A stretch of 56,093 nt of DNA, the filler included, from Asterionella formosa (taxonomy: Eukaryota): the NCBI GenBank assembly GCA_002256025.1. It is 4 parts of 4 records of this genome, joined end to end, with 100 filler letters (N's around TTAATTAATTAA, not from the genome) between each part and the next. Parts side by side here need not be neighbours in the genome. Positions count along the whole stretch, not along the records: positions 28,118 to 42,055 come from NKIB01006295.1; positions 42,156 to 56,093 come from NKIB01006296.1; 2 more parts are not named here. One strand, given 5' to 3'. Under the pieces are notes generated by a model. That model was given only the letters and a program-made list of their open reading frames with translations, searched no databases and had not been told where the DNA came from. Shown here in pieces: positions 35,784 through 46,999 of this stretch. The position numbers and the translations under genes were made by a program. How positions within the stretch are numbered: position 1 is the first letter of the stretch; every line of letters begins with the position of its first letter.

Positions 35784-36599
35784 ATGAAGCTCTGTATTAC
35801 CACCTTGTTGACGCTTCTTCTGGCATCACATGTATCAGCTTCTTCGTCAGTTGCATTGACGCTTGAAAATTACAACGAAAAAACCAAAGGAAAGGCAGTG
35901 TTCATCAAATTTTTCGCTCCATGGTGAGCTACTATGTTATCAGTTCCTGTCATTTCTCATTGGCTATATCTAAAGGCGAAGGCCACTATTCTCATAATTT
36001 TTCATCAATGTTCTCTCAACCCTTTTTCTCTCTATATATATATAATATTCAGGTGTACCTACTGTCAAGAGTTGGCTCCAACATGGGAACAACTGGCAAA
36101 GGAATGGGCCGATCATGAAAAAGTCCTTATTGGTGAAATCGACTGCACTGTTCAGAAATCATTCTGCAAATCAATGATAGGCCTCCCAACGCTTCAATAT
36201 GGGGATCCCTTTGGTCAAGGAAGTTTCCTCATTGATTACAATGGTGAGAAAGATTCCGACTCTCTCCTGCAGTTTGTCAACGACACTCTGGTATCTCCTA
36301 TTTGTGGTCCTAGTAACTTCGATGCCTGTGAGCCCGTGATGAGTGGGAGACTCAAGTACTTTATGAGTATGGGTATTGGAGAGCTGGAAGGGGCTGTTCG
36401 GGATCATGAGACTCAGATTGAATCTGCTCAAAATAAGTTTGATCACGAGTTCAAATTGTTGAAGGTTGAATATGACGCCGCAGCCTCTGAGCACCAGCGG
36501 CTCACGACACGAATACAAAGTACAATCAAATTGATCAAGAGCGTACAAGAGTACAGGCAGAGAGGAAAATTTTGGAAGCGAAAGAATGGTGAGCTGTGA
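35784..36599 (+). CDS. ER thioredoxin/PDI-like protein with C-terminal coiled coil; exons 35784-35923, 36053-36599
   Basis: Signal peptide. Intron 35924-36052 yields VFIKFFAPWCTYCQELAPTW. Also IGEIDCT and GLPTLQY. Ends in NGEL. Confidence 0.88.
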
Positions 36600-36744
36600 G
36601 CGGAACAATCGTAGCTATCCTTGTGCAAACGGGTATGATGTGTTTAGAAATAAATTAGAAATAACATCACTTATGTATTCATGTATTCTGTACCGTAGCA
36701 AATAGGATATCTCTACCGGTTGTTACTTTCCCACGTCGATGGGT

Positions 36745-37360
36745 CTACTCTTCATCATCGTCATCGTTTTCCCAATCATTGGCATCGTAAATACCAGGGA
36801 AAAAGTTTGCGGCCTTCTCCGCAACAGCCTTGACGATAGCAGATCGGTGTGCAGATACCCCCTTGTTCTTCAACCATTGCCAAAACTTTTCAGTGTGTTC
36901 CATGCAGCTGACGGAGTGGTCCTCGTCGTCAGGACCCTTCAACATTAAGAACTGTAGCATTGTGCGTGAGTTTCATCTAAAGCAGGCAAGGATTTCAGAA
37001 TATGTCTGTCTCACGTATGTGCCTTACCTTTCCAAATAGTTGATAGGTGTTTGTCACTCTGTCTTCTTTGTCGCCTGCCGCAAGTTTCTTGATGGCAGCT
37101 GGTCCGATTCCTGGAATATCAGCTAGATTGGCAGTGATTGCTCCCACCCGCCATCGTTCCATGGTGTCGTTGGAGACCTTACTCTTTCTTGGGTCATATC
37201 CGTCAGCCTAGAAGTTTCGGTAGTATTGAGAAGGCAGGCAAGTGAGAGTTGCTGAAAGCATGTACCCCATCGTTGCTGTTGGTTTCTTATTTTTGTTTGA
37301 TTTGCTTTCAAGCATGAAACACAATGTGAGGCAGCGTTCTACTAATTCATCACTCACCAT
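36745..37360 (-). CDS. Barrier-to-autointegration-factor (BAF)-like small DNA-binding protein, 129 aa; exons 37360-37358 (ATG only), 37207-37028, 36951-36745
   Basis: Canonical phase-0 GT-AG introns 37208-37357 and 36952-37027. The product contains IPGIGPAAIKKL...YQLFGKFLMLK...FWQWLK, matching the BAF pattern LAGIG...KKL...YVVLGQFLVLK...FREWLK. Confidence 0.8.
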
Positions 37361-38324
37361 GGTGATTCGTTTGTTACTGCTGTGTCTATAGTATTGTCAA
37401 CAAAAGGAATTTGATTGTGGAACCAGTATGTATACTACCGGTATTGTCACTGCAAAGTGAAGTGCAGTGCGGTTGGTTCTGTAGTTAAATTGATGCTTGG
37501 TGAAACGACTAGAAATCATCAACAAAAATTATTAAATAATCGCCAGGCGGTACCGGTAGTAGCATTGTTAATAATGGGTGCGGAATTCCAAAATTCAAAA
37601 ATCATGAGTGATGTCATCCCTAACCCCATTGGAAATAATTAGGGCCTGTTTCAGTCCATCTCTACCAGCCATCCATTGATGTTATGATTTTATGCTGAGG
37701 ATGATTGNNNNNNNNNNNNNNNNNNNNNNNNNNNNNNNNNNNNNNNNNNNNNNNNNNNNNNNNNNNNNNNNNNNNNNNNNNNNNNNNNNNNNNNNNNNNN
37801 NNNNNNNNNNNNNNNNNNNNNNNNNNNNNNNNNNNNNNNNNNNNNNNNNNNNNNNNNNNNNNNNNNNNNNNNNNNNNNNNNNNNNNNNNNNNNNNNNNNN
37901 NNNNNNNNNNNNNNNNNNNNNNNNNNNNNNNNNNNNNNNGTACCTGGTACCAGGTTGTCTACGAATATTCTCATCCTCTACCGGTAGTAGTTGTATAGCA
38001 GTGGTAGCGGCTAATTTTTGCATATGATACTGCTCGTGTTGTCACTGCTTGTCGTTGTTGTTGTGTTGATGCTCGCTTCTGTGTATGAACGAACATCAAA
38101 TCGACTGTTTATCGTATGTACGTATGTATGATTTATCACTGTGCATCTACCGGTAGGTACCTGGTACCGGTAGTAAATGTACCAGTAATACCGGTAGTGT
38201 TTTAGTGCCCATCAGAAAAAACATGTTCTCTATAAAACAACAGGTCGTGAAGCCAGGAAAGCAACCTTCAGCGCCCCTTGCTCACTTGATTGAGCTATCC
38301 TTCCGTCTCGACACAACGCTGACA

Positions 38325-40257
38325 ATGCGGTCTTTGATAACAGCCCTGCTCCTATTAGGAGCTCTATCTTTGTCTTGCCATGCATTCTGTTCATTATCGA
38401 CGCCAAAATCATTTGTCAAACAGCTGTATGTGTCTCTGCAAGAGCCACCAGCACTGTCTACTAATTACGACGACGACGACGACACTGACAACGAGCCGTC
38501 ACTCGCCGCTCTCCCCATTCGTCGGTACAGACGCTCCAAAAAGGAACCTCTAATTGCTGTCATAGGTAGACCCAACGTTGGCAAGTCTGCCCTCGTCAAC
38601 CGAATTGCCGGTACCATGTCGGGTGGGGCCATTGTTGCCGATGAGTCGGGCATTACTCGAGACAGGACCTACCGTGATGCTGAATTTCTCGGGGAAAACT
38701 TTCAGCTGGTGGACACTGGTGGATTAGTCTTTGATGATGACGACAACACTTTGTTTGCGAAGGAAATTAGGCAGCAAGCCATGGTGGCCATTCGGGAGGC
38801 GTCAGGGGTGATTTTGGTGGTGGATGGACAGGTGGGCTTGTCGGGGATGGATCAAGCGATTGCCAGTTTCTTGAGAAAGGAAGTATTGAAGGACATTCCA
38901 GTTCATGTGGCTGTTAACAAGTGTGAATCAGAACAGACAGGCGGCATGGCGGCTGCGGAGTTTTGGAATTTGGGATTGGGAACGCCTTTCGCAGTCTCGG
39001 CGTTACACGGAGTTGGAACGGCGGAATTGTTGGAGACATTATTCGACAGTATCAACAAGAAGGGATCAGCCATTGAAGGATTCGGAACCAAAGTCAAGGT
39101 CATGAAAGAGGCCAAGAAAAACATGAAAAGCAAGGCCTTGCTGCCGGGCGAAGATGAGACGGACGCGTACTTGCGTTCCAAGTACGGGATTGGTGATGCT
39201 GCATTACGAGCGGTGCAGAAATACGAAGATGCAATGTCGGCATTTGATGCTCAAGTTAAGCCGGTAAGGGAGTGTATGTGTGTCCGATGATTTGTCCGCG
39301 CTCTCGTATCCTGTACCAGGCTAATTGATTTTACATTTTTTGTCAAACAAGGAGGAAATTAATGTCGCCATTATTGGGCGTCCCAATGTGGGCAAATCCT
39401 CTTTGCTCAACGCCATCTTTGGTGATGAGCGTGCTATTGTCTCGGACATGGCTGGAACCACTAGAGATTCCATCGATGCCATGATGGAACGTCCTGCTCC
39501 ACAGGGATCCGACAAACCATCAACGATTTATCGTTTCGTTGATACTGCTGGAATACGTCGCCAAAGTAAGGTTGACTTTGGACCTGAATTCTTTATGGTG
39601 AACCGAGCACTCCGTGCCATTCGTCGTTCCGACGTTTCTCTCTTAATTTTGGATGCAACTGCTGGTGTCACGGACCAGGATCGTATTTTGGCGCAAAAAA
39701 TTGCGGACGATGGTCGCTCGTGTGTGATCGTTTGCAATAAATGGGATGCTGTCGTCGATAAGGACGATCGCACATACGACAATTCCGTCAAATATATGAG
39801 ACAAGAACTCCCGATGGTCCGTTGGGCACCTATCTTGTTCATTTCTGCTGCTACTGGTCAGCGTGTTGGAAAGATTTACGGGGCGATTGATGATGCGATT
39901 ACTGCTCATCGCCGGCGTATCTCCACATCCATCTTGAATGAAGTCCTAAGAGATGCTATCTTGTGGCAACCACCGCCGGCTAAACGAAATGGGGCCCAGG
40001 CGAAGATCTACTACTGCAATCAAGTATCAACGAGACCTCCTACCATCGTAGTCTTCTGCAATGATCCCACTCTCATCAACGATAACTACAAGCGATATTT
40101 GGACCGCAAGTTCCGGGAGTCTTTGGATGGGTTTGAAGCGACCCCTATTCGTTGGATCTTCCGAGGAAGAAGAGTTCGCGACATTACAAGAAACATGAAC
40201 GGTAACCCTGGAGATGGCGGAACAGGTGTTTCGTACCCTTTCCCTCACGCCATTTAG
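38325..40257 (+). CDS. der: GTPase Der (EngA), plastid-targeted; exons 38325-39263, 39352-40257
   Basis: Two G-domains (GRPNVGKS twice, GITRDR/GTTRDS, DTGG/DTAG, NKCE/NKWD) and a KH-like C-terminus. Presequence MRSLITALLLLGALSLSCHA-F. Intron 39264-39351. Confidence 0.95.
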
Positions 40258-40567
40258 AAACCTAAACATCACTGCCAAGTTATATATTTGATTCTGTGTA
40301 CCAGTATGTGACGGCAGCGCTTAGTCTTGAGCACTGGAAGCAGCAATCGCTAGAGTTATCTTTTCTAAATTCCTTCCATCGTATTCGGTCGCCGTTATTC
40401 CCAGACAGCATCATCAGTTCCAGAAACTCCAAACGGATAAAATCGTGGTTGTAATGTCTTCCAACCTTAATTGAAAGTTAGACATGACGAATCAAAATAA
40501 AGAAATAACTTTAACGTTGAAAATACAACTGCTAGCATGGTTAAGAAGTGATCCACAGATATTATGT

Positions 40568-41332
40568 CTACTTATTGAAAATCGCCAAAGTAAGAGCTGC
40601 TACGATCGACAGCACTGCAGTTCTGACCCCGAACTCAGTAATGGTGCCAGCGATCGCCCCCTCGGGATCTTCCTCAATTTCTTCTTTGTATGCATCCAAT
40701 CCTGGTGAGACCAGGAAAAAATCCACGAAAGCTGCGGCAAGTGCTGCTTTCGGCAACTGATAAAAGACTTTCTGGTAACCAATTGCTTGGGCTAGCTCAA
40801 GCTTGTATCCTCTCTCCGATATTGGGAATGTTTTCGGTTCAGGCAGCACATGACCAGTTTTTGTAAATCCAGGCAAGAAATCATTGACTTTAATAACGTC
40901 TCTTGGGTCGATGATAGACGTACCCTTGGACTGGGCATAGTCGAAGAATTCAGCCAATTTGGGGGTCAGTTGAATGTTTGGCCCCTGCAAACCCAAGGCA
41001 TCAAAAGCCCCTGGCGCCGGTAAAATTGACCTTCCTTGCAGCAGATACTGATCAGGAGCACCGAACAAAGGTTGGGAATGACCATGCGCGGGCTGAATCT
41101 GGATAGCAGCTGTGTAGAGGGTTGACATCAGTGCCTCGAGGATTGGGTGATGTGATGCATCGGAAACGTACGATGCAACCTCATAAGGATCAGCTAGCAG
41201 TTTTTTAGGGGATTCCCTTTGTCCAAGAATATGAAATCCGGCTCTTGATACACAAGGCATAAATGCAATTGAGCCTGGCAGGGATGTGATGACTCCCAGT
41301 AGCAGACCTTTTTGTCTCGATATCATTTTCAT
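40568..41332 (-). CDS. Hypothetical membrane protein, probably plastid-targeted
   Basis: 254-aa ORF with a signal-like N-terminus ending GSIA-FMP and two hydrophobic segments near the C-terminus. Confidence 0.7.
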   Translation of the reverse strand: MKMISRQKGLLLGVITSLPGSIAFMPCVSRAGFHILGQRESPKKLLADPYEVASYVSDASHHPILEALMSTLYTAAIQIQPAHGHSQPLFGAPDQYLLQGRSILPAPGAFDALGLQGPNIQLTPKLAEFFDYAQSKGTSIIDPRDVIKVNDFLPGFTKTGHVLPEPKTFPISERGYKLELAQAIGYQKVFYQLPKAALAAAFVDFFLVSPGLDAYKEEIEEDPEGAIAGTITEFGVRTAVLSIVAALTLAIFNK

Positions 41333-42154
41333 GTTTTCGCTGGGTTTGGGTCACTTTCGCCAATGTTCCTTCCAATAATATTTAATGCAGTCAGGTACAA
41401 CTTGGAATGGTGCTATTGGGTTGTGCAGCGACGGTAAAGACCAGAAATCACCGAACAAGCCAATGCACTGGTGTTGATACCTTATACCTTCAACTGACAA
41501 CATCTTGGAACCAACCATCATCAACAAAACATCATGCATTTGCATATCATAGCGCACTATAGTACAAAACAACGAGCCAGGCGCAAATAGACGTGCGTGG
41601 TTAGGCTTGTCTTCACGTGGAAGTGGTCTGGGCATCGACCGCCTAAATATTGTTCCAATGACCGAATGCACATACCATTAGCAAGCAGGTTGGCATTCAC
41701 TTCATTCTGCTTGTAAAATGACACTCAGGCTGGAAGGCCTGACTGGTAGTGCATGTTTTATGTGCATTTTTTTAGTTTCAACTCACTCCCAATGATTCAT
41801 CCCATGCCTACTGGAAGGATTAGGCTGGCTTTCTATTCCAAACTCTCTTAAGTAACCTTTTATGCCTTTAAATTATCATTCATTGAATGCAAGTCATGTT
41901 CTCATCATCGAAATCGTATTCACCTACTTCTACTGAAAATAGTATTCAGGAACTGGAAGATGGTTTGGTTATAGAGCTCACAAATTGCTCAGTAACTTCT
42001 AGTTGTAGTCAGCAAATCCTATTTGTAGTCAGCAATTTCTAGTCGCTGTCAGCAANNNNNNNNNNNNNNNNNNNNNNNNNNNNNNNNNNNNNNNNNNNNT
42101 TAATTAATTAANNNNNNNNNNNNNNNNNNNNNNNNNNNNNNNNNNNNNNNNNNN

Positions 42155-42852
42155 NTTTGTTGAACTTCTGGTGATGATCGTAGTGAGGAAGCTTTGATTT
42201 GATTTTCCCGACTATTTTCTGATGTCGATCCGAGACTCGCAAGATTTAAATGTGAGGAATGATTCGGACCAATCATCCGTCCCGTTGTATTCTGATGATC
42301 ACTGGATGGATTCGACGGGTCAACATGTTCAAAACCACTTCTCGTGAAAAGTGCCCCAGGCGATCGACGTTCTCGCGAAGCAACATTATTGTTGCCATCT
42401 GGGGCATTTCGGTAGCTTGGTGGATTTTCCGAGTTTCTAATGTCAGCGCTTGGAGATTCCAGCATATTGTTGCTTGGAGGAAATGCTAATTCTTCATCAT
42501 CAATGAGATTGGAATCCTGAACAGTAGGATTCGCCTTTTTCCTCCGTGCTTTGTTCCTAGGTGGCCGAATGGGTTCACTAGGTATTTCCCCTAAATGCCT
42601 TTTCGCTTGCTCCAAGGTATAGCACGTTGGCTGAATGCACAATCCTTTGTAGACTTCGTAGGAGCCTTGTTCGTTTCTCCTAGTTAATGGGATGAGCACC
42701 TTATTCAGAAATCGGCCATGCTTTTCATGTGTCTGGTACTGCGCGCAGATATCACACAGACCGTGCCGTTGAGCATACTCCTGGAGCCTCGCTCCCTCCA
42801 GCAGAGTTCCGTTGACGAAGAGGGACCCATTGGGTTGCTTGAACTTTTCCAT
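42155..42852 (-). CDS. Hypothetical protein with N-terminal Cys/His-rich (putative zinc-binding) domain; 3' end runs into gap
   Basis: CDICAQYQTH...IPLT...VYKGLCIQPTCY followed by a disordered Ser/Pro/Asn-rich linker. The domain is recalled from N-termini of large diatom proteins. Confidence 0.7.
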
Positions 42853-44025
42853 TGTAGTGTTACTTGAGAGAAAGGCAGAGCACACTGATTGTCGCAACCG
42901 CACATTAATACATTGGGGTATTGTGAATGATATAAAGTTCTGTAGGCCCTTGTATGATGATCATTTACAAATATTAAGCACCTTCAAGTATTATACCGGT
43001 ACCAGTACAGTGTATTTTTAGAATAGAACACGAATGTCCTATGATATTACATGCAGCCACGACTCTTCTTCGTCTCGCGCTACATACCACGTCGTCCTTT
43101 TCGATTTTGAACCTATGTAGTAGTAACCCCGGTATGGTACAGGTGCGTGCGTATGTATTTCATGCATTTTTATGTACGTTTGCTCTATACCGGTAAAAAC
43201 AGGAAACGAAATATGGAATTCATCATTAGTAGAACATCAAATACCAAGCCAATTGCAGTTTCGAGTCATTATACATCATGATGCGTCACGTTGGTCGTAA
43301 ACGCAAAAATATTTTAGCCTAACCCTAACCCCCACCCCAGAATTAGACCCACCAGCATTGCATCTCTGTTTGATATTCGATATTCGATGAAATTGTTGAC
43401 AGGTGGTTTTGAATGGTGAGATGATGTTCTGTTATCGCAAAAGCGAGATGCATTTCCCATCAACAACTTAGTCTGGAATCATTTGCAGCAGACAACTATG
43501 CCTCATGTCTCACTACAACTATATTAGGCAATGAAACATGTACAGAATTATGATAACCGCAAAGTTTCTTCCAAGGCCATTTGTCAATGTGTTGAGAAAA
43601 TACCAATGTTGGAGTTCTGCTGCCTAAACGTTTATCTTGTTCCTCTCTGGATCGTTTCTTTGCAGAATTCGATGAAGCACTCGTCAGAGGAGGCTTTATA
43701 GCAATGGGTGGAATCGATTCTAGAAAGAGAACAAGTAATGTTTTAAAATAATTTGATTACATTCAATTGCATTGCTGGTTATCATTTCAATGTTTCTGAT
43801 TTACAACTTAGTATAGAAAATGGTTTAGTAACATAAGTATACTTGCCAAGCTTTGATCTTCCTCCCCTGTGTCGACTTTGCTTTGCATTCTCACTGCTTA
43901 GTGGATGATGCATCTTGCGGAAAGAATGGTACTAGCTAGACGCAATCATCATGATCTAATGAGACACTATAATCATTGCTCATTTTTTCATTTTGTTTAT
44001 ACAAAGTACTAATATAATGAGGAAT

Positions 44026-44325
44026 TTAATTGCCTCCCTGATTGGGTTCACTAGGTATTTCCCCTAAATGCCTTTTCACTTGCTCCAAGGTATAGCATGT
44101 TGGCTGAATGCAAAATCCTTTGTAGACTTCGTAGGAGCCTTGTTCGTTTCTCCTAGTTAATGGGATGAGCACCTTATTCAGAAATCGGCCATGCTTTTCA
44201 TGTGTCTTGCACTGCGCGCAGATATCACACAGACCGTGCCGTTGAGCATACTCCTGGAAACTCGCTCCCTCCAGCAGAGTTCCGTTGACGAAGAGGGACC
44301 CATTCGGTTGATTGAACCCGCTCAT
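44026..44325 (-). pseudogene. Truncated duplicate of the 42852 gene (Cys-rich domain only)
   Basis: Near-identical up to EIPSEP, then the duplication junction adds NQGGN and a stop. Confidence 0.8.
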
Positions 44326-44860
44326 TGTAGTGTTACTTGAGAGAAAGGCAGAGCACACTGATTGTCGCAACAGCACATTAATACACTGGGGTATTCTGAA
44401 TGATATGTAGTTCTGTAGGCCCTTGTATGATGATCATTTACAAATATTAAGCACCTTCAAGTATTATACCGGTACCGGTACAGTGTATTTTTAGAATAGA
44501 ACACGAATGTCCTATGATATTACATGCAGCCACGACTCTTCTTCGTCTCGCGCTACCTACTACCACGTCGTCCTTTTCGATTTTGAAGCTATGTAGTAGT
44601 AACCCCGGTATTGAAGAGGTGCGTGTGTATGTATTTCATATATTTTTATGTACGTTTGCTCAATACCGGTAAAAACAGGAAACGAAAATAGCCTTGGTAT
44701 TGGAAATTATCATTAGTTGAACATCTCCACCGTATCGACCAAATACCAAGCCAATTGCAGTTTCGAGTCTTTACACATCATGATGCGTCACGTTGGTCGT
44801 AAATGCAAAAATATTTTAGCCTAACCCTAACCCCCACCCCAGAATTAGACCCACCAGCAT

Positions 44861-45170
44861 TGTTGAAATGGTCCGTACTCCTTCCCGCGGGCTGGGTCTC
44901 TCTTCACGTAGACTCTTACGTGATCGTAGTACTACCTAGTACCACTTACTTTCTCTCGTCTCTGCTTCTAGCCTTCCTACTAGATAGACTAATTGACCTT
45001 CCTGTCAATTTTTTTGATAATCTAAAACTAAAATTAAATTATAAGCTAAACTAAATGTTTCCTTTCCATGCATCTTGGCTTCCTGCAAAGTCGTTCTAAG
45101 ACTCTCTTCGAGTTTCCACTTAGTAACATTTCCATAGAAATCTATCTTCAATCTTTGATCTCGTTAGACA
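44861..45170. mobile_element. Probable solo LTR (TGTTG...AGACA, 310 bp)
   Basis: TGT...ACA termini, absent from the sister duplication unit, and similar to 32328-32576. Confidence 0.65.
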
Positions 45171-46999
45171 ATGTTGCAGTTCTGCTGCCTAAACGTTTAT
45201 CTTGTTCCTCTCTGTATCGTTTCTTTGCAGAATTCGATGAAGCACTCTTCAGAGGAGGCTTTATAGCAAGAATGGGTGGAATCGATTCTAGAAACAGAAC
45301 AAGTAATGTTTTAAAATAATTTGATTACATTCAATTGCATTGCTGGTTATCATTTCAATGTTTCTGATTTACAACTTAGTATAGAAAATGGTTTAATAAC
45401 ATTGGTATACTTGCCAAGCTTTGATCTTCCTCCCCTGTGTCGACTTTGCTTTGCATTCTCACTGCTTAGTGGATGATGCATCTTGCGGAAAGAATGGTAC
45501 TAGCTAGACGCAATCATCATGATCTAATGAGACACTATAATCATTGCTCATTTTTTCATTTTGTTTATACATAGTACTACTATAATGAGGAATTTAATTG
45601 CCTCCCATGCTGCGTTTGACTTGTCTTTTGTGGCATTTATTGTTTATTGTAGCTAGACTCTGATATTATTGTGCAACCAAAGGATCTGTTTGGATCAAAA
45701 TTAAATGTGGTGACATGATCATCATGACTCGTATTGAATGAATATTGCATCTTATTTAATTTCAGCCATTTTCTTCAAGCTTCTTGAGTTTCTTGTTGTT
45801 TCTGTTGATTGCTCCTTGCGTTTCTTGTTGTTTCTGTTGATTCTTTCATGTATTTGTATCTCATTGCATATATTGTAGTGATTTGGTAGCAAGAATGGTC
45901 CGATTTGATTATGCGGCTGAAAATATAGATCGCCCGCCATGGTGAGAGGGGGGTGCTTACCAGTGCTAGTAGGAATGCTATGATAGTATGCACTAGCTTA
46001 CATTTGGATTCTCTGCTTGAAAAAATTGAAATTAGGTGAAAAAGTAATTTACCAAAACAAGGTTGACCTTGTATTGACTAGCTTTGTCATTAGGGTTGCG
46101 GATCCCTGCTTTTCTTGCCAATACATGAAAATAGGCTTTTTTCAATACAAGAAGGTATTTCACGAAATGACCAGCAAGATCTTTTTTCCAATACGTTTCT
46201 CCAAAATAGGGTTTAATGTCCAATACATGGTATACCTTGCATTGGTTTTACTATTATGCACCATCAAGCTTCTGTTTATTAACCAATCAGATCATCAGTT
46301 CCAATTTAAGGTATACCTTGTTTTCGACATTCCCATACAAGGAATTGTACCTTGATTTCGACGCAGTACAAGGTAGCCCTTGAATGGGATATAATATATA
46401 TATACCTACTTATTTACATTGAATCGTTTTTGATACAAGAGCATGAAAGGAAAGATAATAGTTTCAGTCGAGAAATGTCCTACTAAGCACAATGGAACTG
46501 TGTAGAATATACAGATGTCGAGACTTGCTGAAAGGTCCGGTAATCAGCGCATTGCACGCATTTCAAACTTCAACCTACTTCAATGGTAGTATGACAGGCT
46601 CACTAATTCCAAAATGAGGAAATGTTTCAAAACATTTCTATGTATTTATATTACCTGTCACCATTACAAAGTTTCCAACTGAAAAGTGCTGTCCCTGGCT
46701 GGCTGACTACCAACTTCAACTTGCTGATTGCGGAATTAGTTTTGCTAAATGCTTAATAGATTTGCTGAAAATTTGAAAAATTTACTGACTGCTGACTTCA
46801 TTTCCTGACTACTGACATGAAATTGCTGACTTCAAGCAACCTACTAGGGAGGAAGAAACCAACTACCCAGTATACAAATCGTGTTTCTTTTTCATATTTG
46901 ATGAGCTTTGAATCTCATTAAAAAAGTTATTATTATTCTCTTGGATACTTTGCAGGGTGACAGCTCATCCTCAGTTTAGATTTTTTTCTTGGTCATATG

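Larger units (their letters stand above)
42567..45606. repeat. Tandem segmental duplication: unit 1 42567-44038, unit 2 44040-45606
   Basis: 42567-43338 matches 44040-44860, and 43606-44038 matches 45171-45606, at high identity. The middle segments are unrelated. Confidence 0.95.

Noticed and set aside
17527..37360. CENH3 and the BAF-like gene as a linked chromatin locus
   Set aside because: They are 19 kb apart with unrelated genes and gaps between, so there is no evidence of linkage without synteny data.
135..41332. Five plastid-targeted genes in one window as a functional cluster
   Set aside because: They belong to unrelated pathways and are interspersed with other genes, and plastid-targeted genes are common in diatoms.
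43315..43332. CCTAACCCTAACCC telomere-like tract (also about 44820)
   Set aside because: Only about two units, and the second instance is simply part of the duplication.
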